Source: Antedon mediterranea
Taxonomy: Eukaryota; Animalia; Echinodermata
NCBI RefSeq assembly: GCF_964355755.1
Contig: NC_092679.1
Coordinates: forward strand, 18,025,432-18,089,431
DNA: 64,000 nt
Reading direction: 5' to 3'
The stretch's first letter is position 1; each line of letters opens with the position of its first letter. Shown here piece after piece: positions 1-11,820 of the stretch. The notes below the pieces were generated by a model. It made no database searches. It saw only the letters and a list, made by a program, of their open reading frames with translations, and was not told where the DNA came from. A program made the position numbers and the translations under genes.

Positions 1-211
1 AAAAGAAAGGTCCTTGTTCTGAAAATGGATGCTCCTCCTCCTATCTTAACATCTATTCCAAAATGTAAATATGGATGGCTCAAGCTATGCATGACCAGCC
101 TAGGCCTAGCTAGCCCTAGCTAGAGTATAACTATTACTATTACTATTAGTAAATAGTTTAGGTACTTCACTGTAGGTATAGCCTAGATAGTAAAATACAG
201 TATATTCTTAC

Positions 212-240
212 CAGTACAACACTTTAACTGCGATTGGCAT
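212..240 (-). CDS. SELENOW: Probable first coding exon of a selenoprotein W-like (Rdx family) gene; the rest lies left of the window
   Basis: Minus strand reads ATG CCA ATC GCA GTT AAA GTG TTG TAC TG|gtaaga = MPIAVKVLY(C), compare vertebrate SelW MALAVRVVYC-GAU. It is a 29-nt exon ending in phase 2 within the presumed Cys codon, as I recall for human SELENOW. The UGA codon and SECIS are not visible. Confidence 0.6.
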
Positions 241-3200
241 GGTTATTTTGAGACAGTTCTATTTGAAGGTGCTGTAATGTGTATTGTTGCTGCAAACGTC
301 CGCTTGGCTGGGCCAAGCATACATAAATAAATAAACGTTAAAATCAAAAACGTGGTGTGTGCAATGGACCGTGAAAACTATGAAATTATTATAGGGGGCG
401 CCTCGGTCGTAAGGTAAAAAAACCGCGCGAAACAGGCAAACAGTTCGTTCAGGCCAATTCAGTAAATATGTGTACATAATATGTATATTAATAGGGTCTC
501 AAAGATTCATTCTTGCGAATTCAATAATAGATTTTGTACAATAATAAATAGGTTTTTTTCCAGCCAGGCTAACTGGAGCCTACCATACCACCAGCAGTGT
601 AGTAGTACCATCAAGATGAAGTAATCTTTTTGGCAGTGTTTTATAATACAGATCAGGAGAAGAAGCAGATAATCCAGTTAGGCCTACTAGGGCTACTGGT
701 AATAATAATGGTATTTATTACTTTATTAGATTTTAAATGTTACTGCAATAATTATTGGTAATGGAGTATCATCGGGAGTATCATACATTCTCTTAGTCTA
801 TTCAGAAGTCATTATAACAAACTAATCCTCTTTACAGTATTTAAGTCCTAAAACTGGCCTGTATTCTTTATATTCTTTACATATTTTATTCTCTGTTGTG
901 TATATTATGTATTGTACTGCCCTCTGTTGTTGCAAAAACTGCTTTTATATTTTCAGAAAAAAAAAGAAATTATATTAATAATGACTGGCAAAAAATGCAA
1001 CATCAGGATCCTTGTAAATAATGGTTGTTTCGCTGAATATTAATTTATTAGGACTTAATAAATCAAATTAGACGTTCCTAAAAATTAACGTGTTAGTTGA
1101 CAACCCATAAAACCAGTTCAACAAGTTATTATTAATAAACGATAAAAGAATCGTTGCTTTTCAGAACTTTGGTATAGCTTCCATTGAGACTAAAGCACTA
1201 GATAAAACATGTCAAATTGATTTAGTGCTCGAAAACTGAGCAAAAAACACATTTTCCTGAAAATAATAGATGTGGTCTGTTATAAAATGAAATAATAAAA
1301 AAAACATTGAGGAAGAGATATCTTGAAAATTGTGGATGTTATTATGTGCAAACAAAAACATACATATTTTTATTTGTTTTTGTCATTTTTAAATTCGTTA
1401 TGTACAAAGAAAATAAAAGAAATTGTCCTTGTCATACAAACATTTTTTCAAGTGTGAACTATTTATATAGTGAATGCTCCAACACTGAGGAGTATATTAT
1501 GACAATAAAAGAGCTTAATATAGTAGATTTAGAGAAAGACTGGCGATACCATACAATTGTATCATGTTATGAAATGTACAAACATGTTTTTCCGATTGAG
1601 ACTAGAAATAGAACAAGAAAAGATACAGAGGAAGTTAAAAAAGAAATACAGTAGAACCACCCCTATAAGGGGATAACTCGTTAAAAAGTAGGCCTTGCCT
1701 TAATAGGGTTGTCTATGGATAGTGGGTTGCTGCTGGTTAATAGTTATATTCCTCTTGTGTGTTTTCCAATTCTACTGTATAAATAAACAAAATCACAAAA
1801 TCGTTTGAGCACAAATTGTTTGGATAACTGTGCCTTATGATATGATTGTTTATGATAAGTTATTCAAGAACCAATGCACAAAACATTTAATTGTTTTTTA
1901 CAGACACTCTCCTGCAACTGTGATAAAAATAATTATTGGTGGTTTGAATGTGCTCCTGTCTTACGATCTTCCCAAGATCTAAGTAAGAGGTCTTATTACA
2001 TTGAATTTTATATTATATCAAAGTACAGTACAGTAAATAGTTGTGTTGCTCTCTTCAGTGTTTCAAAGTACTGTAGATGTACCTTCTTGTAATACTACCA
2101 CTAAACAGTGATGTAGCCACAAGAAATAAAGTGGTCCGGTTTTCGCAAGAAAAGGGAGCAATCGCTGTTCAAGCCATACTGGTGGCCACAGCCCTGCTGA
2201 AGGTATATTAAGGGGATACCCCCCTACCAAGGGGATTATCCCCTTAATAGGGGGTTCTCTTCTTAGAGAGTTGACAGAGATTTAGACAGAAGTTAACTAA
2301 TAACATTGTCTTTTTTTAATCAGTCACTTCCTTATTTCACATGACTTTCACATATTCTATTTTTGAAAAGGAAATATGGTTGTGATTTCAACATTCATTT
2401 CTGTCTTTATTCAATTTCATGGTTAAAATTACAATGCATACTTCAACAAAATTGCATATTTAATAAGCTTATAAATAATAACTAATTGTTTTGTTGCTCG
2501 TTCCTATCTTCATATTCCCAGATCTGATATTCCTAAATAAATTAGTAGAGTGGCACTTTGGCTTGGTTCAAATCTAGGTTGGTTCAAATCCTGTCATAGT
2601 ATTTGAATAGTTCAGGATTTTTTTTTCTTAGATAAGATAATGTTAATCTATTTAGTCTTCTGTAATGAAAAAAATACATTATTTATGGTTTATAAGACTT
2701 GACATGCAATATACAATTCCAAACTATTCAATATTTAATAACAATAATGCTAAAAACATGAATAACATGATTACACACAAGCAAATACGGATTTTGAGAA
2801 AACATGTGGTTGGTAATTCTTGGAAATTTGCATAAATAATAATTATGTTATTAATTATCTGGTTTGGTATCGTTTTCACTTTTCTGCTGTATTAGAAACA
2901 AATGATATGGTTACCTTATTCTCTGTACTGTATCTCCATATATGGCAATGTTACATTTCCAGTTTCCTAAGCAAATTCTATAATACAGTGTCATATGCAT
3001 CACATGTCTTATGCACTGCATTATTTAAGGTTAAATACAGGCGTCACATGTGATACATATGTGACACTGTTGCATTACATAATTTGCCTACAATCTGTAC
3101 AAATTACATAGATACTGTACAGTACAGAAATTGGCTATTATGGTTGCATATCTAAATTTGATTAATTTCATGTCTTACTTTAACATTAATTAATTAATTA

Positions 3201-4333
3201 AGATAACATGTTGAAGACTACTCCTAAATGAAATAAACCAATGATGATAAAGTTCAAAGTGTTCTTCACTTTTGAAATAGACATTAAAAGATAGCTTTAA
3301 TTAATAAATTTGTTTGTGCTATTTTTTAGTTGATATGTTTGTTGTCGGTGGTTACAATGGTAACGAAGCTCTTAATGGATTGTGTTTGTTTTTAATCTAG
3401 GTATTTGTGTTATTTTCAGATTCAGACTCAATTTTCTTTAAGATGTATAAGCCTACTCATAATTTTCTCATCTTATACTTTAATCACATAATCATGTTAT
3501 CGAATTCTTCTGAAACTAATTAACTTCCTTCGTAATTGGTAACAACATATTTTTTATAAACAGGTGCTGATATAAATTCCTATATTTCCTAATAAACCTA
3601 CCAATTATCAGAACGTATTCATGTTGGCCATGGAGGAAATTTCACCAACTGCGGATTTCGGTGTTGCTTATGAGGGACTTGTGTCATATGACATATGCAG
3701 GTAAGGAGAAGATCCAGAGTAGGGGTGAGGGGAGTGCAAGGGATGCATGCAGCTAAAATGAAATTGGCAAACTACTTTGTACCTAGATTACCTGGATAAA
3801 CTGACATAGGCCTTTTCACCTAACATACAACATAAATACCAGCATCATGTGAGTGGGCCTGGCCATGCATACAGACTCACTGCACTCACCTTTTTACCAC
3901 CAATGTTATAGGTATAGAAATCTTATTGTATAGTGCAGAGCAATTTGCGTGCCATACAGTACACTTCAATTTTGAAACCCCTCCCAAAAAGCAAAATTTC
4001 TTTCCTGTTATGTATGTAATTGTTATGTATGTCGTTTTATTAGATTCTCAAATCTCAGACACTATTCATATTGTGAGGATGTTTCCAGATAATTCTGCTG
4101 TGAAAAACAAGATTAATTTTATTATGAATAAATCATTTTTTACTTACTTAAATTGCAAGTTTTACTTTCAATCATTCTCAAGGACATTCTTAATATTGTG
4201 AATGTGTTGTTTCAAGATATTAATTTATAGATTGGAATTTGTAGAAAATTTTAAAAAATTAATTTATATGTTAATTAGTCACACAAGTTAGTAGAGTTAG
4301 GTTAATGGACTAGTGGCACTGTAGCCAGGGGGA

Positions 4334-4651
4334 GATTTTTTTTTCGTACATAAGTTGGTGCCCTTATGTGAAAGATAGCCGAACTACTTCCTAAATATAA
4401 CTAAACCTAACCCTCTCAATAATATCTCTCTCACTATAAAGTAAAAGAAGCTCATGGGATTTGAACCCCATATATCGACAAGTCCATAGTCTAATCCACT
4501 CGACTACACAGACAGCTTGACAGAAAGCGTTTGCATTAGCGAATTGTAGTTAGCTCAATTCTTACCTCACACCTTATGAATGTATAAATATTCATGTTTA
4601 TTTTGTGACGTTTCATGAGGGGTTCCCAACTTATGTACGAAAGGAAATATC
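4334..4651. mobile_element. MITE-like element with TIRs enclosing a tRNA-like (A/B box) core
   Basis: TIR tttcgtacataagttgg...ccaacttatgtacgaaa. The minus-strand core has tagtcgagtgg (A box) and ggttcaaatcc (B box). A direct repeat agccagggg lies near both ends. Confidence 0.6.
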
Positions 4652-4739
4652 GCAGCCAGGGGAGGGGTGAGGCATGCATGCTCTCACATTGACAGGTAAA
4701 ATCAAATTGGCAGACTACTGAAATTGTATGTCAGTGTCC

Positions 4740-4965
4740 CCTGTTGGTAGCTTGGTGGTTAACATACTTGCTTACGAATTAAGGGCTCTAAGCTCAAATC
4801 CTGTCATAGGTAATCTAGACCCTACTTTGAATTCCCACGATTTTTTTCCGATGAGTTAATCTATTTATAGGAATCTTCTTTAATGAATAAAATAAATTAC
4901 TTATGCTTTCTCAGATTTGACATGCAATATGCAGCAAATTATTCAATATTTATTGCGGATAATGT
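4740..4965 (+). mobile_element. tRNA-derived SINE-like repeat (related copies or fragments at about 2545-2760, 7790-7885 (-), 37640-37686 and 50190-50300 (-))
   Basis: gtagcttggtggttaa (A box) ... tcaaatcctgtcatag (degenerate B box). The downstream body (ttgacatgcaatat...tattcaatattta) is shared with the 2545-2760 copy. Confidence 0.55.
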
Positions 4966-7900
4966 TTAAACCAGAAAGAAAATAACCTAGTATTATACCT
5001 GTCAAATAGATGGGTACCATCTAGTTAGTGATGATATGAGTGTATAAACAAATTGCTGAGAATTACTGAATAAAGAAATTGGCATAAAATACACTTTTTT
5101 GCACTTGTCCTAACATAACCAAATGTTAGAGAGGTAAAAGGTTGCCCAGCTCAAAACGGTACAATTACCGGTCGTGTAGTTTAGGAGAATGAAGGACAAA
5201 GTTTTGGTGTCGTGCTCAAATGTAGATATGGTTTCTCTGGCAATTTGCCTAAATAAATAATAACATTTTATTATGAAATTTATAACCATCAATTATTTAA
5301 ATTCAGTATTACTGTGTATTTGTCCTATACAGTACTAGCAGTTATAATTCATTGTCATCATCGAGGGATTACTGCAGGTTAAAAGTAAAGGAACAATTTG
5401 ACAGTCATTGTAAACAAACATCCTATTATTACAGCATACTATAGGGGAAATGCCAGGGTTTTTAAATAGAAGAACTAATAGTCTGTCAAAAATAGGTATC
5501 ATCAAGTTTTAACTGTCAAAAAAAAAGGAGGGAGGAGGGGGGTAGTTTAACCATACAGTGGTAGTGTTTCAATTGACATACATCAAATATAAAGAATAAT
5601 TTGGCCTTCATTGTAATCAATTACAGTGTAAACTTAATCTTTAACACCACGTTCAGAGCAACTTTACCTTCATCAGCAAATCAATTGACGTCAGGTTAAA
5701 ATAAAAGAAACAATTTGGCCTTTATTGTAAACAAAACATTGTATTGCAAAGACGTCACCTTCCAATGGGAAAATATATCCCTTTGTATTTTAGTATTGTT
5801 CATTATCCTGTTGCTAAAGCCACTTAGTTTGGTTTTGAATACAAGTTTAATCTGTTGAAATTCAAGTACAATTGTCACTGTGTTATTTGGTTGTTCAGTC
5901 TGAAGAATTCTGTACAACAACGTGACTGTCATATAATGTGACCTTCACAAGACCGTAATGACACTGTAATTATTATAGTTTTTTTAAAAATATGGCCTTA
6001 ATTCCCTGCAGTTAAATTAGATGATACACTTACTGAATTTAAAACCTTAAACATTTTTAAGAAGTGCATAAAGTATTATTATTATTTGTCAAAATATCAT
6101 TCAGGATTCATTCAACATTTATTTAGAAACAGTTCAAGAAATGAAAGCAGCATACATTTACCAAAATAAGAAAAGGGGAATAAATATTACAAAAACAAAC
6201 AAACAAATTGTATACAGTACAATATCCTCTCTTTCCTGTTGGTTTTATTAATGTCTGAATGTAGTGTGGTGGGCCACTGGTTGGCATTAGTGTTTTCTAG
6301 AAGAAGATGACAGTCATCAATGAAGTAGGCCGCTAATAGTATCTAACTAATATACACCCCCCACCGCCCCCTCCCAATTTAGGGGCAAGGTCAAATATGG
6401 TAAATTTGTGGTGAATTTTTGATAATAATGATTTGATAACATTATTTAGATTAGAAATTAATACCAGTAAATTTTTGTTGGTTTATGTTGGTTTCTACTA
6501 TGAATATTGTTAGTTTAATATTACACTTATTATTATGAGTAATATAAATATTTGGATTATGACAGCAAAACTGCATTTTCACTTTCAAAATTATGGCTTT
6601 ATTGCTAGACATGCTTGTTACAGTATACACACACTACATTTTAGCAGTAGACCTGTTCGGTACACACTGTACATAGTTCAAGGCTGGTTTATGTTGGTCG
6701 AAAATGGAACATTCTTCCTGCGTTTCATCTTGAAAATATGATTAATATTATTTTTTTTTAAACATTTTTTTCTTTATACCTCTTCAGTACAAATCTGTCT
6801 GTTGCTGACGTACCCCGGATCGCTTGTTGTCAAAAAAATAAAAGTCAAGCCTTTATTTATCTCGCGTGGGAAAATTTCAAGAACGGGACTAAATAATATA
6901 ATTATAATTATTATAATTATAATTATAATTAATAAATAGAAAAAGAGAAAAAATTAAAAACACATACTGAATCCCTCAACATACATTCATTCTATTACAC
7001 TCTGAGTCTTGTATGTACCATTAATTAATATAATTATTGATTTACCATATTAATTGGTCAAGTGTTGAAAATACCATGCATACTTCTTAGCCTTGTAGTA
7101 TTGATTATAATCAATTGACGTAGACAGACACACATGATGGCATCCAAAAATAGATACAATCTATGTTTTAATTAAACACATGTCGATTTATCAAAAGAAG
7201 AGCAAATTTGTTTTAGTTGATTGGTTTGAGCAATGTGAAGGTGAAATATCAATGGGGAAGTTGTAACAAGAGATTAGGATCTTTGGGAGGATGTAGGGTC
7301 TTCAGCCCTGACCTTGCTCTTTTCTAGGCTACTCATTTTCAAATGTGTTAAATAAAGGAAAACATTCACACAAATGGTTAGGGGATGGTGTTATATATTG
7401 ACTATCAACTTCTGTAGGATGTAAAAGTGTTGAACCAGGTGACGAGTAAATTGTACCAGGTTGAACAAATACTAGTAAATTGGATACTATTTCGTTTCCA
7501 TTGATAATTTTAATGTTTACAAACAAAATTTGTTAATAGTAAGTTCGGTATCCCACTTCGCAGAATTCAATCTTCAAATAAAAGAAATTAAAATCAAAAG
7601 GAAAAGAGACAAAAATAATATTTTATTATTTTTTATTTAATTATATTTATTTTTTTTAAACATATTTAATGAGGGTGATCCATCCAGAAATTGCTGATCA
7701 TTAGGGACCCTCAGAGATAAGTTCAAAAGACAAACATATACAGAAGATGCTTTACATAAACAAAGTCTTCGAGAGGAGTTGTAATTTTGTCCTTAGAAAA
7801 AATTCTGACCTGTGACAAGATTGAACCCAGGACATTTGGAGTGGTAGCCAAGCATCATAACCACCAAGCCACAACTGAACTCCAAATAGTATTATATAGT

Positions 7901-8966
7901 AAGCACAGGACTAAGCACCACCAGTACGTTTTCGCTAAATGCATACGTTTTGCATAGCCAAATACTACAAAATAACGCTGTATTGCTACAAATTGGACAA
8001 AAATGCAATGCAACACTTAATTGTTTCCTACTCCAAACTGGCTAATCACCCATTTTAATGAAAATGTTGGTTGACCACAGTGAAGTAAGTACCAGACAAT
8101 AATTGACATCTTACGCTAAGCCGCTCTTGAGTTGCAACACTCGTGGGCATAAAGATATTTTATTATTTCATTATTTATTCGATCTATTTCAGTATACATA
8201 ACAAAAAAAAAACTGAAATTGTGGAGATCAGAGTCAACCTAAGTGAACTTAATCACTGTAGCTGAGCCAACCACAAAGTCAATTTACACATAAAAAAAAG
8301 ACACAAAATACAGTTAAAGTGAATCAATGAATGTGAACTTTTCTAATGAAGGCTGATGGGCTTTCTAGGACTGCAACATCTGTCAATGGTCTGGGAAGAT
8401 GGTTCCAGACACGGGGTATTCCAGAGCCACTTTTGATTTGCCACAGTGGGCATAAAGATATTTTCTATTTATTAATTAATTTGAGAATTCTTTCATTATA
8501 TTCTATTACTGTGTTCAATTGAAAGTTGTAAGTACAATTATCTAACATGATGGTACCAATGTACTGTATTCCATAAATCAAATTAACCTCCTTTACTGAA
8601 AATGTCAGTGTGTTAACAGATTGATGTTTTAAAAGTACCTGGTTGAACATTCTAATCTGTAATTTAATTCGTTAGTGACGCCACAATTAACCAGGTAATA
8701 GTTTTTATGAAAACATGGAAAATGTGGTTGACATCATAATTTTATCTTAAAGAAGTTCTCATTTATATATTTTATTTTCATGCCTATATTCAGCTTTTAA
8801 AAGGTGTAGTTTAATTTACAATTATGTTGATTAACTATATGTTTAGGCTAAACATTATTTTCACATTGTGAAAACACAAAATCTGTTTCACAAGTTACTG
8901 ATGATCGAATTGGTGCATTTATATCATTGAAAAAACGCTATTCCTTTTTATATTCAATGGACCAAT

Positions 8967-11820
8967 TTTTTTATTTCAACTTTATTTATAGAGGGTAACC
9001 CTTCCAGCTGAACCCGCAGGCCAGCTGATATTCAGGGGCCCTCTTGAAAATGACAAAATATATAAAACTATACTTAACTAATACGAATCTACTATATACA
9101 TTTAAATTTAAAACTATTATATAAAAAAATAATTATCCAAAAAAATTCAATTAAACAATTACGATAAAATGTGTTTTTTAAAATTGAATTTAAACGAGTT
9201 AATATTGGTACATTCTTTCAAAACAGAAGGTAATACATTATATAAAATACAAGCAGAATAAATAAAAGAGCGCCGGAAACATTCCAATTTAACTTTGGGT
9301 ACCAGCAAGTCTCCCCTGGAAGCAGCCCTAGTCCTCATAGAGTGTATCGGAACAGTGGAAAATCGTTGGGTGATGTATCGAGGGGCAATATTGTTCATGG
9401 CTTTAAAAGCTAGGCAGCCTACCTGGTACTGCACCCTCTGTGACACATTCATGATGTGGAGAGATGTTAGAAGAATGTGAGTGCTGGTGCGAGGCGGAGC
9501 TTGAAGAACAACACGCATAGCGCGATTTTGAAGTTTTTGAATCTTATTAATGTTTGTTTTACTTCCGGTGCCCCAGAGAAGAGCACCGTAGTCAATGTGT
9601 GGTAAAATTAATGTGTTGTAAAATAAATGTGCTGTACGTTTGTCAAGATATTTTCTAATTCGTGCAAGTGTGTGGATTTTGAAAGAAAGTGTAGAGCTCA
9701 ACTTACTGACATGGGTATGCCAGTTAAGTTGATTGTCAATGTGCACACCTAAGTGTTTGTGGTTAGTTACAACTTTGATCGGTTGTGCAGCAATCGATAC
9801 GTCTATTGTTTTGTGTTTAAGCCGCTGAGGGACGCCAATTAACATCGCCTCAGTTTTGTCAGTGTGTAATGATAATCGGTTAGAGGTGAGCCATGTGTTA
9901 ATTAGTGAGAGGTCAGAATTTACTCCAAGCGACGTTCCACAGTCCAATCGACTAAGCTGCTCCAGGACAGACTCACAAGATACCCTCTGAAAATCAAATT
10001 GAGAATCAAATAAAGGTAAATAAGAACATGGATCAACATTATTAGCTGCAAGTGCATTGTCAAGATGAGTAGCTATATTTACAAAATAATCATTATATGC
10101 ATTACTAATTTCATTTTCATTACAAGAAGCATGACCATTGATCCTAACAGAAGATGGCAACCAGTTAGACTTTGATGAGATCAAATGTTTCATTCCTTTC
10201 CACATCTTGCTGGTGTCATTCGCAGATTCAATTAAAAAGTTCCTATAATAATTAACTTTTGACTTTCTACACATTTTATTAATCTGATTTCTTAATTTTT
10301 TAATTTGTAACCATAGTTCAGCTTGACCGTTTGGTTTTGCCTTTGACTTTAATCTATCACGTTCGTGCATCAGAATCAATATGTCATCACAACCTTTTAA
10401 CCACAAGGGCAAACTTTTTTTAAAACGTTTCGTTTTTTCTGGAGCATGGACATTAATTACTCCACCAAGGAAATTGTGAAGAACTTTTAAACAGACGTTC
10501 ACGTCATCAAGTTGAGGAATTATGTTCCAAGGTAGTTTTTTCAGGTCATTAATGAAGTTATCCTCGTTGAAATTTCGGAAGTCCCTGAAGGTCCGCTGAT
10601 CATGTACATTCTTGGGAGGTTTGATACGTATTGATGTAAAAATAAAGTCATGATCACTTATGTCTGAAGACAACGTTGTATTGTTGTCGTGTAATTCCTT
10701 GTTGGTTGTGAGTATAACATCAATTAACGTTTGAGAGTCTCTGGTCGTACGCGTTGCATTCGGGATAATCTGTGTCAGATTGAATAAGTCCATGATATGC
10801 ATGAGACTGTTTCTATTCGTGTGTGGTTTCAGCATGTCCACATTAAGATCGCCTAGCATGATAAAATCCTTGGAATCACAATAGTCTTCCAGGAAACTCT
10901 CAAGATGAGTAAAATATATCGCAGGCGAGTTTGGGGGTCTGTAGACAACTGATGCCCGTATTACGACTGAAGCCATATGAATTTCTACAAGAAGGGATTC
11001 GATACTAGCATGTTTAGGATCCACGATTAACTGGGTAAAAGACAATGAGCTGGCAATAAACATTGCCACCCCTCCTCCATGTCTATTCCTATCACGGCGA
11101 AGGAGAGTATACCCAGGTAGTGATACTTCATTATCGTGAATTATATCCGAGAGTTTAGTCTCCGAAATTGCCAAAATATGTAGTTGAGTACGATGCAATA
11201 ACAGTCGGAGTTGATCGATTTTGTCCGTTAAACTGTTTATATTGATGTGCGCAATTCGTAATCCCTTGCATTGATTTATAAAATCAAACGTTGGGGATCT
11301 CCGGCTGCCACCTGCATTCGAATCAAGCTGGGTATTCCTTCGAAGTACTTGAGCTTGATTGTTGTTGTTGCAAACAATGGTATTCGTTCCGGGTTGATGA
11401 TTACTATTTCCGTAATGTCTGCCATTTTGTGGACCAGGGTTTAATTCAATATCTCCACACATGCATAATTCTGACATGTTAAATGTACTTTGAGAGTTAT
11501 GATAGTATCGGATGGGCGCATTGAAAAATTTGCGTTTGAAAGTCCCGCTATACATATTTATACGCTTCAGATCGTGTAGAGCATTATATGTATCCGGCCT
11601 TGCTATCGCCTGCGACAACTCGACGTAGGAGAGCGATAATGAAATTGATATAGGCTTACCGATAAAATCACTGTCGTATGTCCAATTTAGTCCATTAAAA
11701 CGGTCATTGTTCGCCAATCCATAAACAATATCATAATCATACTTCTTGTATCGGTAGGATCCATAATATATGAACCCAGATACAGCAATTAATGAATTAA
11801 TGAACCAAAGCATCCCTCTG
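8967..11820 (-). mobile_element. L2/CR1-group non-LTR retrotransposon with an internal deletion of the RT core
   Basis: Contains the 884-aa ORF. The 3' UTR has a stem-loop-like gagggcccc...ttaccctct segment and an A-rich tail at about 8967-8990. Related 3'-end fragments occur at about 7670-7715 and 25970-26015. Confidence 0.9.
9159..11813 (-). CDS. LINE ORF2-like protein: 2A-like motif, APE endonuclease, linker and C-terminal region, with the RT catalytic core missing
   Basis: APE motifs HININSL, LAISETKL, RRDR..GGGVA, VYRPP, GDLNVD, TLIDVI, SDHD. C-terminal motifs WLTSNRLSL..KTE, KHLGVHID, IQKLQNRAMR. No YADD or GVPQG motif. GDIELNPGP at aa 120-128. Confidence 0.88.
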   Translation of the reverse strand: MLWFINSLIAVSGFIYYGSYRYKKYDYDIVYGLANNDRFNGLNWTYDSDFIGKPISISLSLSYVELSQAIARPDTYNALHDLKRINMYSGTFKRKFFNAPIRYYHNSQSTFNMSELCMCGDIELNPGPQNGRHYGNSNHQPGTNTIVCNNNNQAQVLRRNTQLDSNAGGSRRSPTFDFINQCKGLRIAHININSLTDKIDQLRLLLHRTQLHILAISETKLSDIIHDNEVSLPGYTLLRRDRNRHGGGVAMFIASSLSFTQLIVDPKHASIESLLVEIHMASVVIRASVVYRPPNSPAIYFTHLESFLEDYCDSKDFIMLGDLNVDMLKPHTNRNSLMHIMDLFNLTQIIPNATRTTRDSQTLIDVILTTNKELHDNNTTLSSDISDHDFIFTSIRIKPPKNVHDQRTFRDFRNFNEDNFINDLKKLPWNIIPQLDDVNVCLKVLHNFLGGVINVHAPEKTKRFKKSLPLWLKGCDDILILMHERDRLKSKAKPNGQAELWLQIKKLRNQINKMCRKSKVNYYRNFLIESANDTSKMWKGMKHLISSKSNWLPSSVRINGHASCNENEISNAYNDYFVNIATHLDNALAANNVDPCSYLPLFDSQFDFQRVSCESVLEQLSRLDCGTSLGVNSDLSLINTWLTSNRLSLHTDKTEAMLIGVPQRLKHKTIDVSIAAQPIKVVTNHKHLGVHIDNQLNWHTHVSKLSSTLSFKIHTLARIRKYLDKRTAHLFYNTLILPHIDYGALLWGTGSKTNINKIQKLQNRAMRVVLQAPPRTSTHILLTSLHIMNVSQRVQYQVGCLAFKAMNNIAPRYITQRFSTVPIHSMRTRAASRGDLLVPKVKLECFRRSFIYSACILYNVLPSVLKECTNINSFKFNFKKHILS

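Noticed and set aside
1307-8650. Numerous 60-115 aa ORFs in AT-rich sequence
   Set aside because: No recognisable domains, composition typical of noncoding DNA, and many rely on non-ATG starts.
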